Assembly: GCA_964016885.1 (NCBI GenBank)
Contig: OZ024751.1
Coordinates: 7,440,001 to 7,504,000 of the forward strand
DNA from: Eledone cirrhosa
Lineage: Eukaryota
Direction of reading: 5' to 3'
Length of the DNA: 64,000 nucleotides
Part shown: positions 44,401 through 59,977 of the stretch, in pieces
Layout of the letters: every line of letters begins with the position of its first letter
How positions within the stretch are numbered: the first letter of the stretch is position 1
Program-made: the position numbers and the translations under genes
Notes under the pieces: generated by a model
Databases searched by the model: none
The model's input: only the letters and a program-made list of their open reading frames with translations
What the model was told of the DNA's origin: nothing

Positions 44401-45506
44401 TCACGGATTTAGGGTGATTAGAGTAATATCTAACGTAATTTAAGTTTTCATTGGGCTTATGGAAAGGGTAATAAAAACCAGAGTTTAAGTTAAGGGTAAC
44501 GTCAAGGAAATTAACTATTTTGGTAACTTTAAACTTCTAATTTAAGGTCATAATTTTTTTAAGAATTCAATTATAGTTTTCTTAACCCTATTTAATTCTG
44601 TTGCTATGTTTGACAACCGTAAATAACATATCGTTCCTATATAAAGCACCGATATTCTCCGGCAGTTTTCTATTTACCATATTTAAGATAAACATCCCCA
44701 GAAGATCGGTGACCTGCCCTGAGTCCGATGATCCCATGGTAATGTTAAAGTTTCTATTCATATCTGAACGGGTCCAATACTCATTGTTGAAATTAGTTAG
44801 AATTCTTCTAGCAGTTAATATGATATTGATTTCTTTCATCCGTAGTTAGATCTGTATGTTTGTAAGCATGAGACAATGCCTTATTTAATAGGTTAGGTGT
44901 AATAGAAGAAGAATAGCTTGCTATGTCCATTTGGATGAATTTATGATTTTTCTTTTTATCTATATTTTTAAATCAGGCAATCACTTCATGATTGTCCTTC
45001 CGTAAGCTCAATTTAGACTTCAATTTCAGAGTAGGTAAAATTCTATCAATATTATTCTTATTGATTAATCCAATATCCGATTTAGATGGAGCTATAAGTC
45101 TAACTGGCAGGTCTTCCCCAAAGTTTCTCTCGTGATCCTTAAAATTCATCCTCGGCTGTCTAGATATAAAAGGCTCGGCTCTTCCTTCAATTCCAAGTGT
45201 GGCTATTAATTTAAATGCATCATTATTGATGTCCATAAGATCTTCGGCCGGGGCTTTTCTATAATTTTTCCGCAGTTCTTTTAAAATTAAATCATTTTAT
45301 TCAGCTTTATCTATCCCATATAAATTGTTGGTTTTGTCAGACTTCACCAATAATTTATTAACTTTTTTTATATCTAAGATTTTTTCCTTTAGAGTTCTAA
45401 GGTATTGGTGACCTTTATATGGATGTACTGTTAAAGATTGCTCAGTACCTCTGAAATATGTATAATTAAATAAACTTGATCACACGAATGTCTATCTTTT
45501 GTTCAT
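41415..45506 (-). mobile_element. Penelope-like element (Neptune-like), 5'-truncated and pseudogenised: RT, Cys linker, GIY-YIG, long 3' region, terminal hammerhead, inverted terminal copy
   Basis: ORF pieces KDHERNF..PVRLIAPSKSDIG, FNITMGSSDSGQVTDLLG..LYRND (YRDD), IFNRHTIKLSYS, NCR...C.L.N.CL, CNLC..E...I..LINKKSEL...C.H over 43355-45400. 45421-45506 is the inverted copy of 41415-41499. Confidence 0.9.
41447..41514 (-). ncRNA. Type I hammerhead ribozyme at the PLE 3' terminus
   Basis: Reverse complement: tattttat-CTGATGA-ggacgtac...gtacctct-GAAA-tatgta-TA-ataaaata. Stem I tattttat/ataaaata is perfect. Confidence 0.7.
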
Positions 45507-45525
45507 GTACGCATATATATATACA

Positions 45526-46115
45526 TGAACAAACGAGCAACGATGGTTGCTGGACACTACGGCTTAATACGGGATGTTTGTTTACAAACACACCGAGCAT
45601 TATAATAAATGTTCGGTGAATCCATACGTACATATATATGTATACTACTGTACGTCTGTATACATATATGTATGTACGTGTACATACTTATATTTAAGTA
45701 ACAGCCGTACTAAGAGTTGGAAATGAAATTTCGTTTCATTTTTTCCGTTTATCGTTTTCGGTGCACCCGGCCGAATAACCCACTCGATATGCAAATTGGG
45801 CTATTCAGCCGTTAATATGCATAAGGTAAGTATATGCGTTCAACAATCTGGCAGGAAGGTCTACGTTGCTGACGATAGTTAATAAGCTTGAAACTAGTAC
45901 AGCGTTCCTTTGTCAGTGTTGAACAAACGAGCAACGATGGTTGTTGGACGCTACGGCTTAATAAGGGATGTTTGTTTACAAACACACCGAGCATTATAAT
46001 AAATGTTCGGTGAATCCATACGTACATATATATATATATGTGTGCATGTATGTATATATATATGCATACTACTGTACGTCTGTATATATATATATGTATG
46101 TACGTGTACATACAT
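45526..46115 (+). mobile_element. ~1.5 tandem copies of a ~394-bp hammerhead-containing unit (retrozyme-like)
   Basis: tgaacaaacgagcaacgatgg... at 45526 and 45920; hammerhead just before the second copy. Confidence 0.8.
45863..45905 (+). ncRNA. Minimal type I hammerhead ribozyme with intact core
   Basis: acgttg-CTGACGA-t-agtt-aata-agct-t-GAAA-CTAG-TA-cagcgt; predicted cleavage after 45899. Confidence 0.8.
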
Positions 46116-48100
<1,985 letters not shown>

Positions 48101-50145
48101 GTTTTGCTAGATAATATATGTTGTTGAACTTACATTGCATGCATTCGTTATTATTGTACATAGTGTTTATGAAATTGAATTCGGATTAGAACTGGAATGG
48201 GTTATATATTTTGAATATATAGATCAAACTGTTAGTGTTAAATCTGCAATGCAAACAACGACAGTAAATCAATCATGTAAATGTGAAGCTCATGTCGTTG
48301 ATATGACGAACATCAAAACTCAGTGAATGCCTGTGCATGACTCTTCGTTATGATCTCAATCTTAAAAGGATTCATTATTTCAAACTATATTTTATTCACT
48401 TTTACTACTCATGAAACCTTTTATATATGGGGGTAATATATTTATTCATATATTTCTCTGATATAAATTACAGGCAATAAAACTATAAACTCTGGTAGTT
48501 CATTTATATTCAGTCACTATAAAAGGTATCACGCTCACATTATAATGCGAGATATTATAAAACGAATCAATGAAGATAGACTATATGTGTATTCATCTAT
48601 ATTACACACTTAACGGCTCTTCTGATTTGAAAGGTTTTCAGATTCCTAGGTCAACCATTTCATTTTCCTTTACATTTTCATGCACACATCGAACGAACTG
48701 TAGCAGAATATTCAATAAATAGCTTATAGTTTCTGACCATAAATTAAGGACCTTCTCTCTATGGAAGTCACACGAAATAAAAATAAACTCTGCCATGGAA
48801 AGGGTAGATTCTTATAGAGTAAATATATTATACATAAAATTAGCTCTATTAAACAGCTTCCGTGATAGAAATCTTTAGTGCATTCTTTTATATATGAGTA
48901 ATACTATAGCACATAAATGCACCGTTATCTTCGGACATTAAACGGTTACCATATTCATTATGAAGATTACTAAACGTACCTGTAAATTATTCATTTAACT
49001 ATTCTCATTAATAAAGAAGATAAAATCAGGCTCTTAATTATTTAATTAATGTTCTATTTCAAAGTTACTTGAAATAAATATTTTATTAAATATATTTTAT
49101 CTTCATTTCTGTTACCATCATGAAATTTAAAAATGTATATTTCATTACATTTATAACACTCACTATACCAATGTTGTTGTCAACTACATCATTGTCTATG
49201 TATATTCTATGCATTATGTTTCACTCATGCATATCATTTTAATAGATTTTATGTGCATATAGTTTTAAACCGTATTCCTTTATTTTGAATGAACTACAAC
49301 TACTGTTATACGGAGCGTCGTAAATAAGCCTTTAAATGGATTTTATTTGAGAAATGCACCTGGCGTTGCTAGAGTATACATTCGTCTCATAGAATATTGA
49401 ATACCAGAATAACTTTCCAGTATACCTTAACTATTCTTTAAATCAATACATTTGGTAGGAAAAGGAAACCTCAAAACCACATTTTAGCAGAATGGCAAAT
49501 ATATATATTACATTACCACAGACGCTGCTCATTTTAAAATGTACAAATGCCTCTTCGTTTACTTAATACACCCCTTTAATGGATATATAAGTGTTTCCAA
49601 CTTGAAATATATTTGATTAAATCATCCAGCTGTAACCATCCTATGTTTATTATATCTGCAACTACATTTTTAGATTGTGTGTTATAAGAAAAGGCTGGAT
49701 AATAATTATAGCAGAACGATCTATCAGGTATAGACTCCTTTGCTATTCAGACACACATCCTTTCGATTCACTCTATGGATCTCCTTTTCTATGACACATT
49801 TTCATGTTCTACGTTTTAAGGTGTGTCATTTGAATGACATATATTTACTCACGTGAGCATTCAAATAATTTCCTATTGAATATTTGGTGGATGTTCATGT
49901 AATTGTAGTTTAGTGGCTCTAATTATCTCTGATTGTGTAAAATAATGGTAAAAGCCATCCTAACGTTAATCTCGTATCTTTGCTTATACCATGAACTTGG
50001 TTTCGCTGCATCCAAGGTTTCCAAGCTGGAAATAATGGTTTCTAATTTAGGTACGGGCTCATCAATATGGAGGTGTTTGATTAAATTGACCCCGATATGC
50101 TGTCCGGCGCTCTAATGATTACTGCAATTCAAGGAATGGGGATTT

Positions 50146-50530
50146 TTACTATAGGCACAAGACCAGCAAATTTGGGGAAGGGAAATTCGATTATATTGAC
50201 GCCAGTGCATTACTGCTCCTTTATTTTATCGACCAAGTAAGGATGAAAGTTACAGCTAACTTCGCCTGGATTCAAACTCATAATGTAAAGGGCCGTAATT
50301 CTATACTGCAAAGCATGTTAAACGCTCAGAAATAATTGTTTCTACTTCAGGCACAAGACCAGCCATTTGAAGGGGAGAGGAATGTCGATTAAATCGACCC
50401 CAGTGCGTTACTGGTGCATTATTTTATCGACCAAGTAATGATGAAAGGCAACGCTAACCTCGGCAGGATTTAAACTCATAACGTAAAGGGCAGTAACTCT
50501 ATGCTGCAAAGCATGCTGTCCAACGCTCTG
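50146..50530 (-). mobile_element. Two tandem older SINE-A-related copies
   Basis: Repeated aggcacaagaccagc...tcgat..atcgac...ttttatcgaccaagtaa.gatgaaag. Confidence 0.85.
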
Positions 50531-51917
50531 AAATATTGAGATGCATATGTATTTCAAAGGGCCATTTGTGTTACACAGCATATTATTCGGAATTCTCATG
50601 AGAAATATGTTAACATTGCATAGGCTCATCCATTTGCATGTTAATTTCATGAGCCTGCTGTTCCATTGATCAAGTGACTTGACCAAACAGCCGTGTAACC
50701 GATGGACGTCCAACCCAACACACATTTGTCATAGTTTTACCACGAATGTTAATAAATTCAAGCATATAGAAACCATCATGTATCATGTGATTCAGCTTTA
50801 ACATGAAAATCATTAAATTTATATTGGTTGGAAGAAAATGTGCAGAATAGTCGGAACTGATGTTCCTGTTTTTATTCTAAAGACCAATTGTATTTACCCT
50901 TTGCACATTATTTATATTCAATTATGTATTGCTTAAGATTACAGAATTACAAAGGTGACGAAAGAGAATATTGAGATAGCCATGCATGCTTTTCCATGAA
51001 CATTGTCGGTTTAACTGAAAGTAAAAGGATAGAAATAGCAAACCGAAACCGTATCTTTCTTTTGTTTGCTGAAAAGGAAAATTTTCTTTATATGACATTA
51101 TCTAGAAGCTGATAATTAAAACCTCATTTTGAAATGTCCGTTATCCTTTACTATTATAAACTGTGTTGTTCGTTTCCATTACAAACGGCTATTCAATTTC
51201 TGTCTTGTACAATAAACAATATGAAAAGGAAAATAAGTAAAACGAACCTGAACAAGAGTGTAAGTTCTAGTCAAGAGAGTAGTACATAAAACATTTCGCT
51301 TTTCACATCTTTCTTGTTTTACAATATTCAATATCATTCTCTTTTCGCTAGTAAATAATTCCAGTTATTTTTAACAGTCTGGCTTCTGATTCTGATTGAA
51401 ACTTTCTGATTTTAAAGAGAAATCAATACAGGAACTACCCAACCACATCATTTCTCCTGCCAGAAACATGATCACGTATAGAGCAGGTCTGAAAAGCAGA
51501 TCTATTGAAGTGCATCCCGGTTTAATTTAATTATGGATTTCTCTAATCTCTAAGCGTGCAGGTTTAGACAGAACATGTGAAATCAATGGAAATGCGTGTT
51601 GACAGAATTAGACAAAATATCTGCAACAGACAAGGCGCAGGGCTTAGTATAGTGGAAAGAAAAACGAAAACAGAGAGTTAAATTAATCAGTGGAACTGAT
51701 TGAATCTCGATTTTAGTTCCTATTTATTGAACTGGTTATCGATTTATTTAACAATTGTTTATTTTTCTGCCGACATTCCATTACAAATTGTAGCATATTT
51801 AACTAGTCATACAGATTTAGGACAAATGATCTGGCATAAATTAGACAGCAACAATAAAACGAACAACTTAATACAACTATTATGATTAATATTTAAAAAA
51901 AGCATTATTATTATTAA

Positions 51918-52112
51918 GGGCGGTGTATTGGCAGTATCGGTAGAGGGTCGAACTCCATGCTTTGCAGCATAGAGTTACAAACTGTTACGCTCTCAATTCA
52001 AATCCCGCCGTGGTTAACTTTGCCTTTCATCCTTACGGGTTCGATAAAATAAAGTACCAGTAATGTACTGCGATAATTACTGGTCTTGTGCCAAAAGTAG
52101 AAACACTTATTA
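51918..52112 (+). mobile_element. SINE family A, full length, after (ATT)n
   Basis: gggcggtgtattggcagtatcggtagagggtc...gtagaaacac. Confidence 0.9.
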
Positions 52113-52149
52113 TAGGTTATATTTTTTAGTCTTTATGTAGTATCAAGAC

Positions 52150-53050
52150 AATTGGTAATTTTGTCAACATGTTTTTTAACAACGTCATATATATCCATGC
52201 ATGTAGCAGTGAGTATGCGCCTCCCTAAACGGATACTTATAAAACGGGATTTGGGCTGGTATTGAGTATTCTCATTGTCTCATAGTGAAGTGGGTACTTT
52301 ACATTTTGACACGCAATGACTAATGTGTTAGTATTGGGTTTTATATATGTAAAACCTGTCCAGTGTCCATGCTTATTTTATACCATCAGATGATTTTCGA
52401 TAATCAATTCATGCAACGCCAAGAAATTCATTGCTCGCTTTCGTTTTATAATAGAACCGCTGATCTAGTTATTGTTCTTTTCACCCATAGACACCATTTC
52501 CGACTTCCTTTCCGCTTGGCAATATGTTAATGCTATCGATGTGAGTTAGTATACTGGTAGCGTACTGGTTCAAGAAACGTATGTAGTTATCCATTTGCCT
52601 GCAGTTTTATAGTGCTAGTGGATTCCTTTTCAGCAATGATGAAATATATTCACGGAGCTATTATATTGTCTATGCCCTTCTGATTTAAACTTGGTCAATT
52701 TATAAAGGTGAATATTTTTCGACCATCTTCCCTTACAGGAAGCTTCAATTTCTGTAGATGATTGTGATTGCTCAAGAGTATTTTTTTTGTTACTGTCATG
52801 TAAAAAATCTTTTTACTGTTTGATTTAAATACTTTGCTCTTGTGAAATAAGAGGTGATATATCTTGACGTATCTTATCATGCCACTTTTTGCTGATTTTA
52901 TTGTTTACGCTTTTCCTCACTGGATGTGTTTTATTATTGATTTTGTAATTCATTTCATTGTGCTTTCGAATTGGATCTATCATTTTCTATTTTGTTAAGT
53001 AAAGATAGATCTTGCATGTTTTCCATCTTCTTAATGAAATACATTTCCAA
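52150..53050 (-). mobile_element. Decayed R4/Dong-like RT N-terminal fragment
   Basis: Minus-strand traces such as GNGVYG*KEQ (cf. G..GCKEQL) and a degenerate KNYR-like region. Confidence 0.5.
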
Positions 53051-53599
53051 TATTTTATTTTGTTCAAAACGTGGGATTTAAATAGTTTTTAACGCTATAG
53101 GTATTAAACTTGTGTTTCCTCGATACTACAACTATTATAGAATGATAGTTATGACGATGATGAAGATGATTACGCCATTTTCACAGAAACCATTAATTTA
53201 AAGAAGGTCTATATTTGATTTCGTAAGTAGTTTCAATTATATCATTGCAGTCAAACATGTATCTGTCAATGTGGCCTAATATACCCGCAGTCGAACTCCA
53301 AACATTAAATAATCTACTACGCACATTTTATAAGACCATATACTTCTCTTGTTATAGAGGCCTATTTGTGTTGGTTTCGGAATGTGCTCGGGATTATGAG
53401 TGCATTTGTACTTTGATCACTAATCAAGAGATAACGTGTAGCGACAACTCATGAAGAACACAAAGGCATAATAAGCCCATGCATATTCATCTGATATTGA
53501 GGAAACAATATGACAATATGAATATCTAATACACGATCATGCTATAACAATACTGCTTTTTGAAGTCATTTTTAGAAGTCACCAACTTTTGAGGGACTG

Positions 53600-54540
53600 A
53601 ATATCGGAGCAATTTATATGGAAGGAGATTATATGGCGACAATCTTATAGAGGACATGTTGAGATATGGGGAATTAATGGGAGTACAAGTTGTTGAAATA
53701 TCAAAAGGGGAAAAAAGAGATATGAGATAAAATTTAGAAAAGGGCTAGAAATATAATTACTGCGTGAGTCAATGTGTGGGAAGGTTAATGCAAAAACAAC
53801 TACTGAAAATTGTGAAGCTTCTTTTAAGTTAATGTAGAGATAATTGCGTCATATGTTTATGGTATTAATTTTATTAACGTAGTAAATGACAATGAAATTA
53901 ATTCCAGTTTTTCAGGACATGAAGGATATTATCGACATGATGTTATCCAATATATTTAGACTAATGTTGTTCGCCTATTAGCAAACTTTCCAGAGATTTA
54001 AGACATTAAAATAAATTGGTTTTAATATGCCACTAGGCCTCGGGTGATCAAAGAGATTGTGAAGGTCTTTGAGATTTCAACCAATGAAATAAATGATAAA
54101 GCAGAATCAAGTTGAACGTTTTGCTAGGCAATCGTATTCCCTCCAATTTTATATCCTTCTCCTTTTACAAGCTAGAATGTATTATATGGAATCATCAGTA
54201 ACATATTACCACTACTTAGTGATACCATTATAACCAAAATAATGAGGGTAGTAATCATGAAGATGAAGATATACTTAGAAGAAAATGTTGGGCTTTGTTG
54301 TAAAAGCAAATTAAAACGTGAAAAATTACTACACCTTAAAATTTGAGGTTGCGAGAATTCGGAACATGAAATATGTCTAGATTGTGCCTATGACAACTAA
54401 ATCACTTGCATCTGTGATCGATGAAATAGGCAAATTGATAAGGGATATTGGTGTGGAGTGCCCTGTAGAATATTTAGTGAAGGTTGCTTCTTAAAAACAG
54501 GGAGACCATTAGACGGATTTTGAGCACATTGAGACAAGAA
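53600..54540 (+). mobile_element. Decayed R4/Dong-like RLE 3' fragment
   Basis: VKNYYTLKFEVARIRNMKYV*IVPM (cf. EKY.DLK.E..R.W.MK.V..VP) and a terminal IRRIL. Confidence 0.6.
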
Positions 54541-54930
54541 TGCTACCTATATATACATCTTACTGGTAAAAAGACAATAACGATAGTGATAATCGTTAGT
54601 TACTAAGTGCTAATGGTGAAAATGAGCGAACAACATCAGGTATTTAGGGTCCACGTTCATACGGTCAATATTGATATTTAGTAGTTAACATTTGATTTAT
54701 TACAAAGAAAATATAAAATGTATAAAACAAAGGCAACATTTATTATCAATATTATGAAATAGATAACATGTGTCAGTCAATGTTACGCGGACAACGTCAT
54801 ACGTATTTATTTTTTATAATATAAAAACCTAATAGTATTATCCCATGAACGGTAGATATTAATACATTGACAAATATAATGTGATGACTGATATTTCGCA
54901 TTATACACCAGTTAACATCTATTATTTTAT

Positions 54931-55118
54931 GGTGGATTGGCAGTATCGGTAGAGAGTCGGACACCATGCTTCGAAGCATAGAGTTACGTCCCTTTATGAT
55001 CTGAGTTCATATCCCGCCGAGGTTAACTTTGCCTTTCATCCTTACGGGGTCGATAAAATAAAGTACCAGTAATGTACTGGGTAATTGCTGGCCTTGTGCC
55101 TAAAATAGAAACAATTAT
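54931..55118 (+). mobile_element. SINE family A with attatttta TSD
   Basis: Full consensus match. Confidence 0.92.
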
Positions 55119-55744
55119 TTTAGATGTTTATGTATTGGATATTCTACAATAATTCATCCGTTGTTTGAAGTATTGTGAAACTCTGTTAACTTAGTCAGAA
55201 CACGTGGTTAAGTGATATTCTCTCCGCAAAACAATGTGTTAATTCTTAAATTCGAACCGCTTAACTGCAGCTCAGTATGTTATCTTATATTACATGCGCC
55301 TACGTAATCTGCACGTGTGTGAAATTTGTTTATGTGCAGGAATCTGAGATGCAAAGAATCACCAAAGTGATTACCGATATCAATGGAGACGAAAGAATCG
55401 AATTAATATGACTTCTCATGTCTTGATTTAAAATATGTCCCTTGATATGTGTATATATATTTCCTTCTTCACATACATAAATATGTCATATAATGTAATT
55501 CCATGATCACGACGTTGGTGAACTATTCGTTAGAAAGTGAGCTGTATTCGCCAGAGATATATAGGTTACCAAGTATCATCTCTCTATATGAATTTAAAAT
55601 CATAGTTTAATGAACGGCATAAAATATGTCTTATTGGTCAGTAATATTCGTAAAGATTTGTTTAGAGAGCAATGGGATTATTAAGCTTATCATTTATACA
55701 ATTAATTGTTTCTACGTTCGGCTCAAGGACAACAATGTCACCAT

Positions 55745-55888
55745 TGTATTACTGGTACTTTATTTTATCGACCGAGTAAGGATGAAAAGCAAAGTTAACC
55801 TCGGCGGGATTTGAACTCAGAATGGCAAGGGCCGTAACTCTATGCGTCAAAGCATGGCGTCCGACCCTCTACCGATACTGCCAATCCA
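55745..55888 (-). mobile_element. SINE family A, tail missing
   Basis: Reverse complement of head and core. Confidence 0.9.
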
Positions 55889-56849
55889 CAGCATTTATAT
55901 AATTAATGTTCATCTAGAAGAGGCGGGGGTGCTCGTTTGGGCGTCACATGTATGCACACATACACAAATTATTCAGCACAATATTTTCATTTTTCTATTC
56001 ATTTACTATTTATTTATTAACTAATATGGCGTAATGGAGGGAATGCTGGTTTTTATTGGTTAATTTTTTCTGAAGTAAATAGGTAAAATGTGATGCCTTA
56101 AAAATGCCTGTATTTTCACCTAACTACGAAAAGTGTAAAATATATCGGGGAAAACCTACTGCGTAATCGTAAGAAAAACAAATGTAGCCAATCAGAATAT
56201 GACAAGAGGAAATTATAAAAAATCTGTAGGCTACTGTATTTCAGTGTTAAAATATTTATTTGAAATAAAAAAAGACATTTGAAGAATACCGCAGTATTAT
56301 TGATTTCTCTCAGGAAATTGTTAATACCCAATCGGATTTGCAATCTCTTCGAGATTACGTTTCTTCAGAATAGGCTCAAGGCCACGCTAATAGCTTAACT
56401 AAGACAGGTGTGTTGTTATAAAGTACATAGGTTCACTGTCCGTACACTCAACTTAATTTAAAATGCTTCTCTATTTCTTATTGTTAAGATATATTTATAC
56501 ATGCATAATATATTATTAAAAAATGCAATATTCATTGTAACTGTGTAGTAACAAATATGTTTGGCACAAGCAAACATATATATATATGAAACATCTTGAA
56601 AATTACCTATATACAAAACATAATTTCTACTTGTAGGTGATGTTCAATTTAATAAAACACAATTATAATTTGAAATTGAGAATCTAAATTAGAAATCAGG
56701 GAATGCAACAGTACAGTAATGAGTTCGAAATTTGTAGAGTTTTACTCTGGGTTTTACATAGTTCCGCACCATCTAACATTTGTATAGGATTATCTATTAT
56801 GATAGACTAGGATATATCGAACAGACACATATATATAGCTGATTCGTAG

Positions 56850-57990
56850 AATTATATATATCTCATCGTGTCCGATCTTTCAACAAAACTTTGCGCAAAT
56901 GATCGAGAAATGTGGCAAGTCGGTTTTAGGGATGTATTTCAGTGCCTACCTCGGTGGTCTGCGGCGGTTTTAGCAACAGACTCTGAGTGTTGATAAAAGC
57001 AGATAAGAGCAGAATATCGGAAGCAATGACTAGCTGAACAAGAGGCAAATCTTCTCGCTTTGAACGGCTGCCCTGTGAACTGTACGCAATCCTTCCTTAT
57101 ATGTTCGACAAAATCTTAGCGTACATCTCATCCTCATCCTTCGACTCTTCTGTGGGCAGTCGGAACTTTCTTGACAATCCCTTTCTACACTGTTCGGTCC
57201 AGCATTGATGTCCCCAGATCCCTATGTCCAACCCAGAGGCCCGAGCTATGGTGTCTGGGAAAGTCAGTTTTCGTGAATAGACACATCCCGGGGGATGCTA
57301 CAGTGGGAGCGAGGAAATGATTTATTTGTTGGCTCGATGAGAGCAAACTGTATTTTTTTTGTTTTGAGTCTGAGGGATATTGGAATCAAGTCTGCGTAGA
57401 TAGTTTGAAGTGTTAGGTGTGATCTTCAGCTTATGTTTTTGATACTATTGAGCAGATTTTTACATACCCCATCCATCCCTCTTTCAAGACGAAAAGATAA
57501 TGTCGATGTTTCTGATCAATATAGTAGTACTGGTTCAATCAATGTTCGAAAGATTTGGACTTTTAAGGAGGATGATAGATTTGAGTGCTATGTCTTGTCA
57601 AGCCTGTTGCATGCATACCATGCCAGAGATTTACGGATGTTTTGTGGAATCTATGATACAAGAGCCAAGGTATTTAAAGTTCTCAACCCCTTGGATGGAT
57701 ATATTATTGAGTGTTTTTAAATCAGATGGTTAAGGGAAGTTGTGATATATTCTGTCTTACTCACATTAAGATAGAAACCGACCCGATTTGGTGCTTTCTC
57801 AAGCGATTGCAGCAGGGATTCTGCGTCCTTTATAGATTGAGAAATGAAGGCAAGATCATCGGCGAAATCTAGGTCAGTCACATAGTGTGCAGGGTTGCGG
57901 CTGCTCTGGCGACATTTCAGAAGGAGTCCCTTCTCCTTCATGTTGTCTAGCAAGATACGCAGGATATAGTCTAGAACACCTATGAAGCGG
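56850..57990 (-). mobile_element. LINE (RTE-like) RT 3' fragment
   Basis: HYVTDLDFADDLAFISQSIKDAESLLQSLEKA...GFYLNVSKTEY followed by a VENFKYLGS-like segment. Confidence 0.85.
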
Positions 57991-58039
57991 ATATCTACTC
58001 CAAATGTCAGCAGAACAGGATGTTCAGTTCTCTGTGCGA

Positions 58040-59950
58040 AGAGGACGTGGTGCTGCAGAGAAAGGTCTAAAAAAAGGGGACTTTATAGATTATGTCACGA
58101 CTATAACTCTGCTAAACGCAGAGTTTAACATTGTCGCCAAGGTGATAATGACGATGTTGGCGCTTCTCGTCGGTGTTTGGTAAGAAAGACACAAACATGT
58201 GCCATTACGGATTGCTCTATTCAAAAGTGTGGGTGGCTGAGGAAGCTGACACGGGCACAGTGATGTAACCAAGATAGATCCATAGAAAGCTATCGATAGT
58301 GCTGGCCATCGTTTCCTAGTTGCATCATTTCTCAAAGCAGTGAGTGTCTAGTATATTTACGGGAGATAGACTAAAGCAGTGTACAACATATTTTCAGTAG
58401 TTAGAGAGAATGGCTACATCTAATCATTCAACTTTATGCCGTCAGTACGCCAAGCCAGTCCTCTCACTTCTATATTGTATGTATTGGCTCACGAGACTAA
58501 TACATAAATCGGACACTTTGAGAAGCATCGCAGGTGAACTAGGATGTGGCGGATCCATGTCAGCAGATGCTGACGACGGTACAGTTGTGCTGTCGAGCAG
58601 CACACATATTGAGTTAGTCGGCAACACTCTCAGGGATTACGAAGTGATACAGGAGTAAGCATTAACAATGAAATGTCACTTAGCCAGCGACTCCGCACCT
58701 GAAGAGGCCAACACAGCCATCAAACAGCGTCGCCTGCTGCTAGAATAATGACTCGAATACATTGCTCAGTGTCGTGGGTCTGGTTTGGTCTATACCTTCA
58801 AATAGACAAACTTGTAGCTACTCTCACCCGGAAATGGGCCGAGAGGAATCTATCTCTGAAAGGTCAAGTAGAGCGTACATCGAGACTGTCATCTACTAGG
58901 GATTGATCATCATGCCACGTCCTAGTCCACGTCTGAGCGCACTGGTGCATTTGCTATTTCACAATTTATGGAATGGACGCATTTTAAAGGACAGGCGTTT
59001 TATTTGTTGCCAACGCACGCTGAATGGAAGACTGAGCAGGTTGTTACTGATGATGCACAGATATGTGCTAGTCAACTTTATCTCCAGCTTTACCTAGATG
59101 GTGAACACATTTGGTCACCGTTTGCTAGACGCGATTTTCGACAGTACGTCTCATTGACAGAGCTGCAGTCCTGGGTCAAATGAAGACCGAGAGGGAAAGG
59201 TTAGATACTGGAATGCCTTCAAGGACTCAGAGCCATTAGTCAATAGGTTAGTGCGATTAGTAGAAACACGACCATGGCGTTCTATAACGTTTTACGCGCG
59301 GGGTAATACGATGATATTCATGGAAAGTTTCTGGGCGTCGACAAAAATCAGTTAGCCTCTTTCCTCAGAGGACTTTCGATTTAGGGCACATTAATAACAT
59401 CCAGAAATCTCTGATCTGGCAGTGCTACCGAGAAGATTTCGAGTTAAACGCTACATGCATAAATGTGTCGTCAGTTGAGACTGTTTGTTATGCGCGCAGG
59501 GCGTCAAAACGGCCTCCACGCATGCGTTGAGTTTCCGAATATTGATGAATTGTGTGCTTACATCAAACATCTGCTATCACGTGTTGGACTGATCCGACAA
59601 TCAACTGCATCTATTGTGAACATAACTAGCCCTCTTCCTTTAAACGGAAGGATAGACAATTTATATCTGCCTGAGGACCATGGCAAAAGTGGTCGTACGG
59701 TGGACGTCTTTGAAAGGGTTGTACAGAAGCACCTTCCTCTGCAGTGAAGCCCTGATTAATTGTTCAGGTTTCACATGAAGATAAAAATCAGGTTGGTGAC
59801 GCTTGGAGATCTCTTGACTTTACAGAAATCCCTCATGTTTATTTGTTAGTCTCTGTCATAAATTTGATTTTTACACCATAATCTCTCACTTTACGCTCAT
59901 GTGACGTATTTGTTGTCTTGTTAATATAAGCCCTGGTTGGCTAATATAAA
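58040..59950 (+). mobile_element. Decayed L1/Tx1-like LINE (RT and downstream region)
   Basis: ITLLNAEFNIVAKVI (cf. PITLLN.DYKILAKV) and SADADDGTV (cf. SAYADD.TV); ends before an (ATT)n run. Confidence 0.7.
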
Positions 59951-59977
59951 CCATTATTATTATTATTATTCAGATTA

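Noticed and set aside
55340-55411. Possible exon after tttatgtgcag (ESEMQRITKVITDINGDERIELI*)
   Set aside because: Short, no recognisable homology, indistinguishable from chance.
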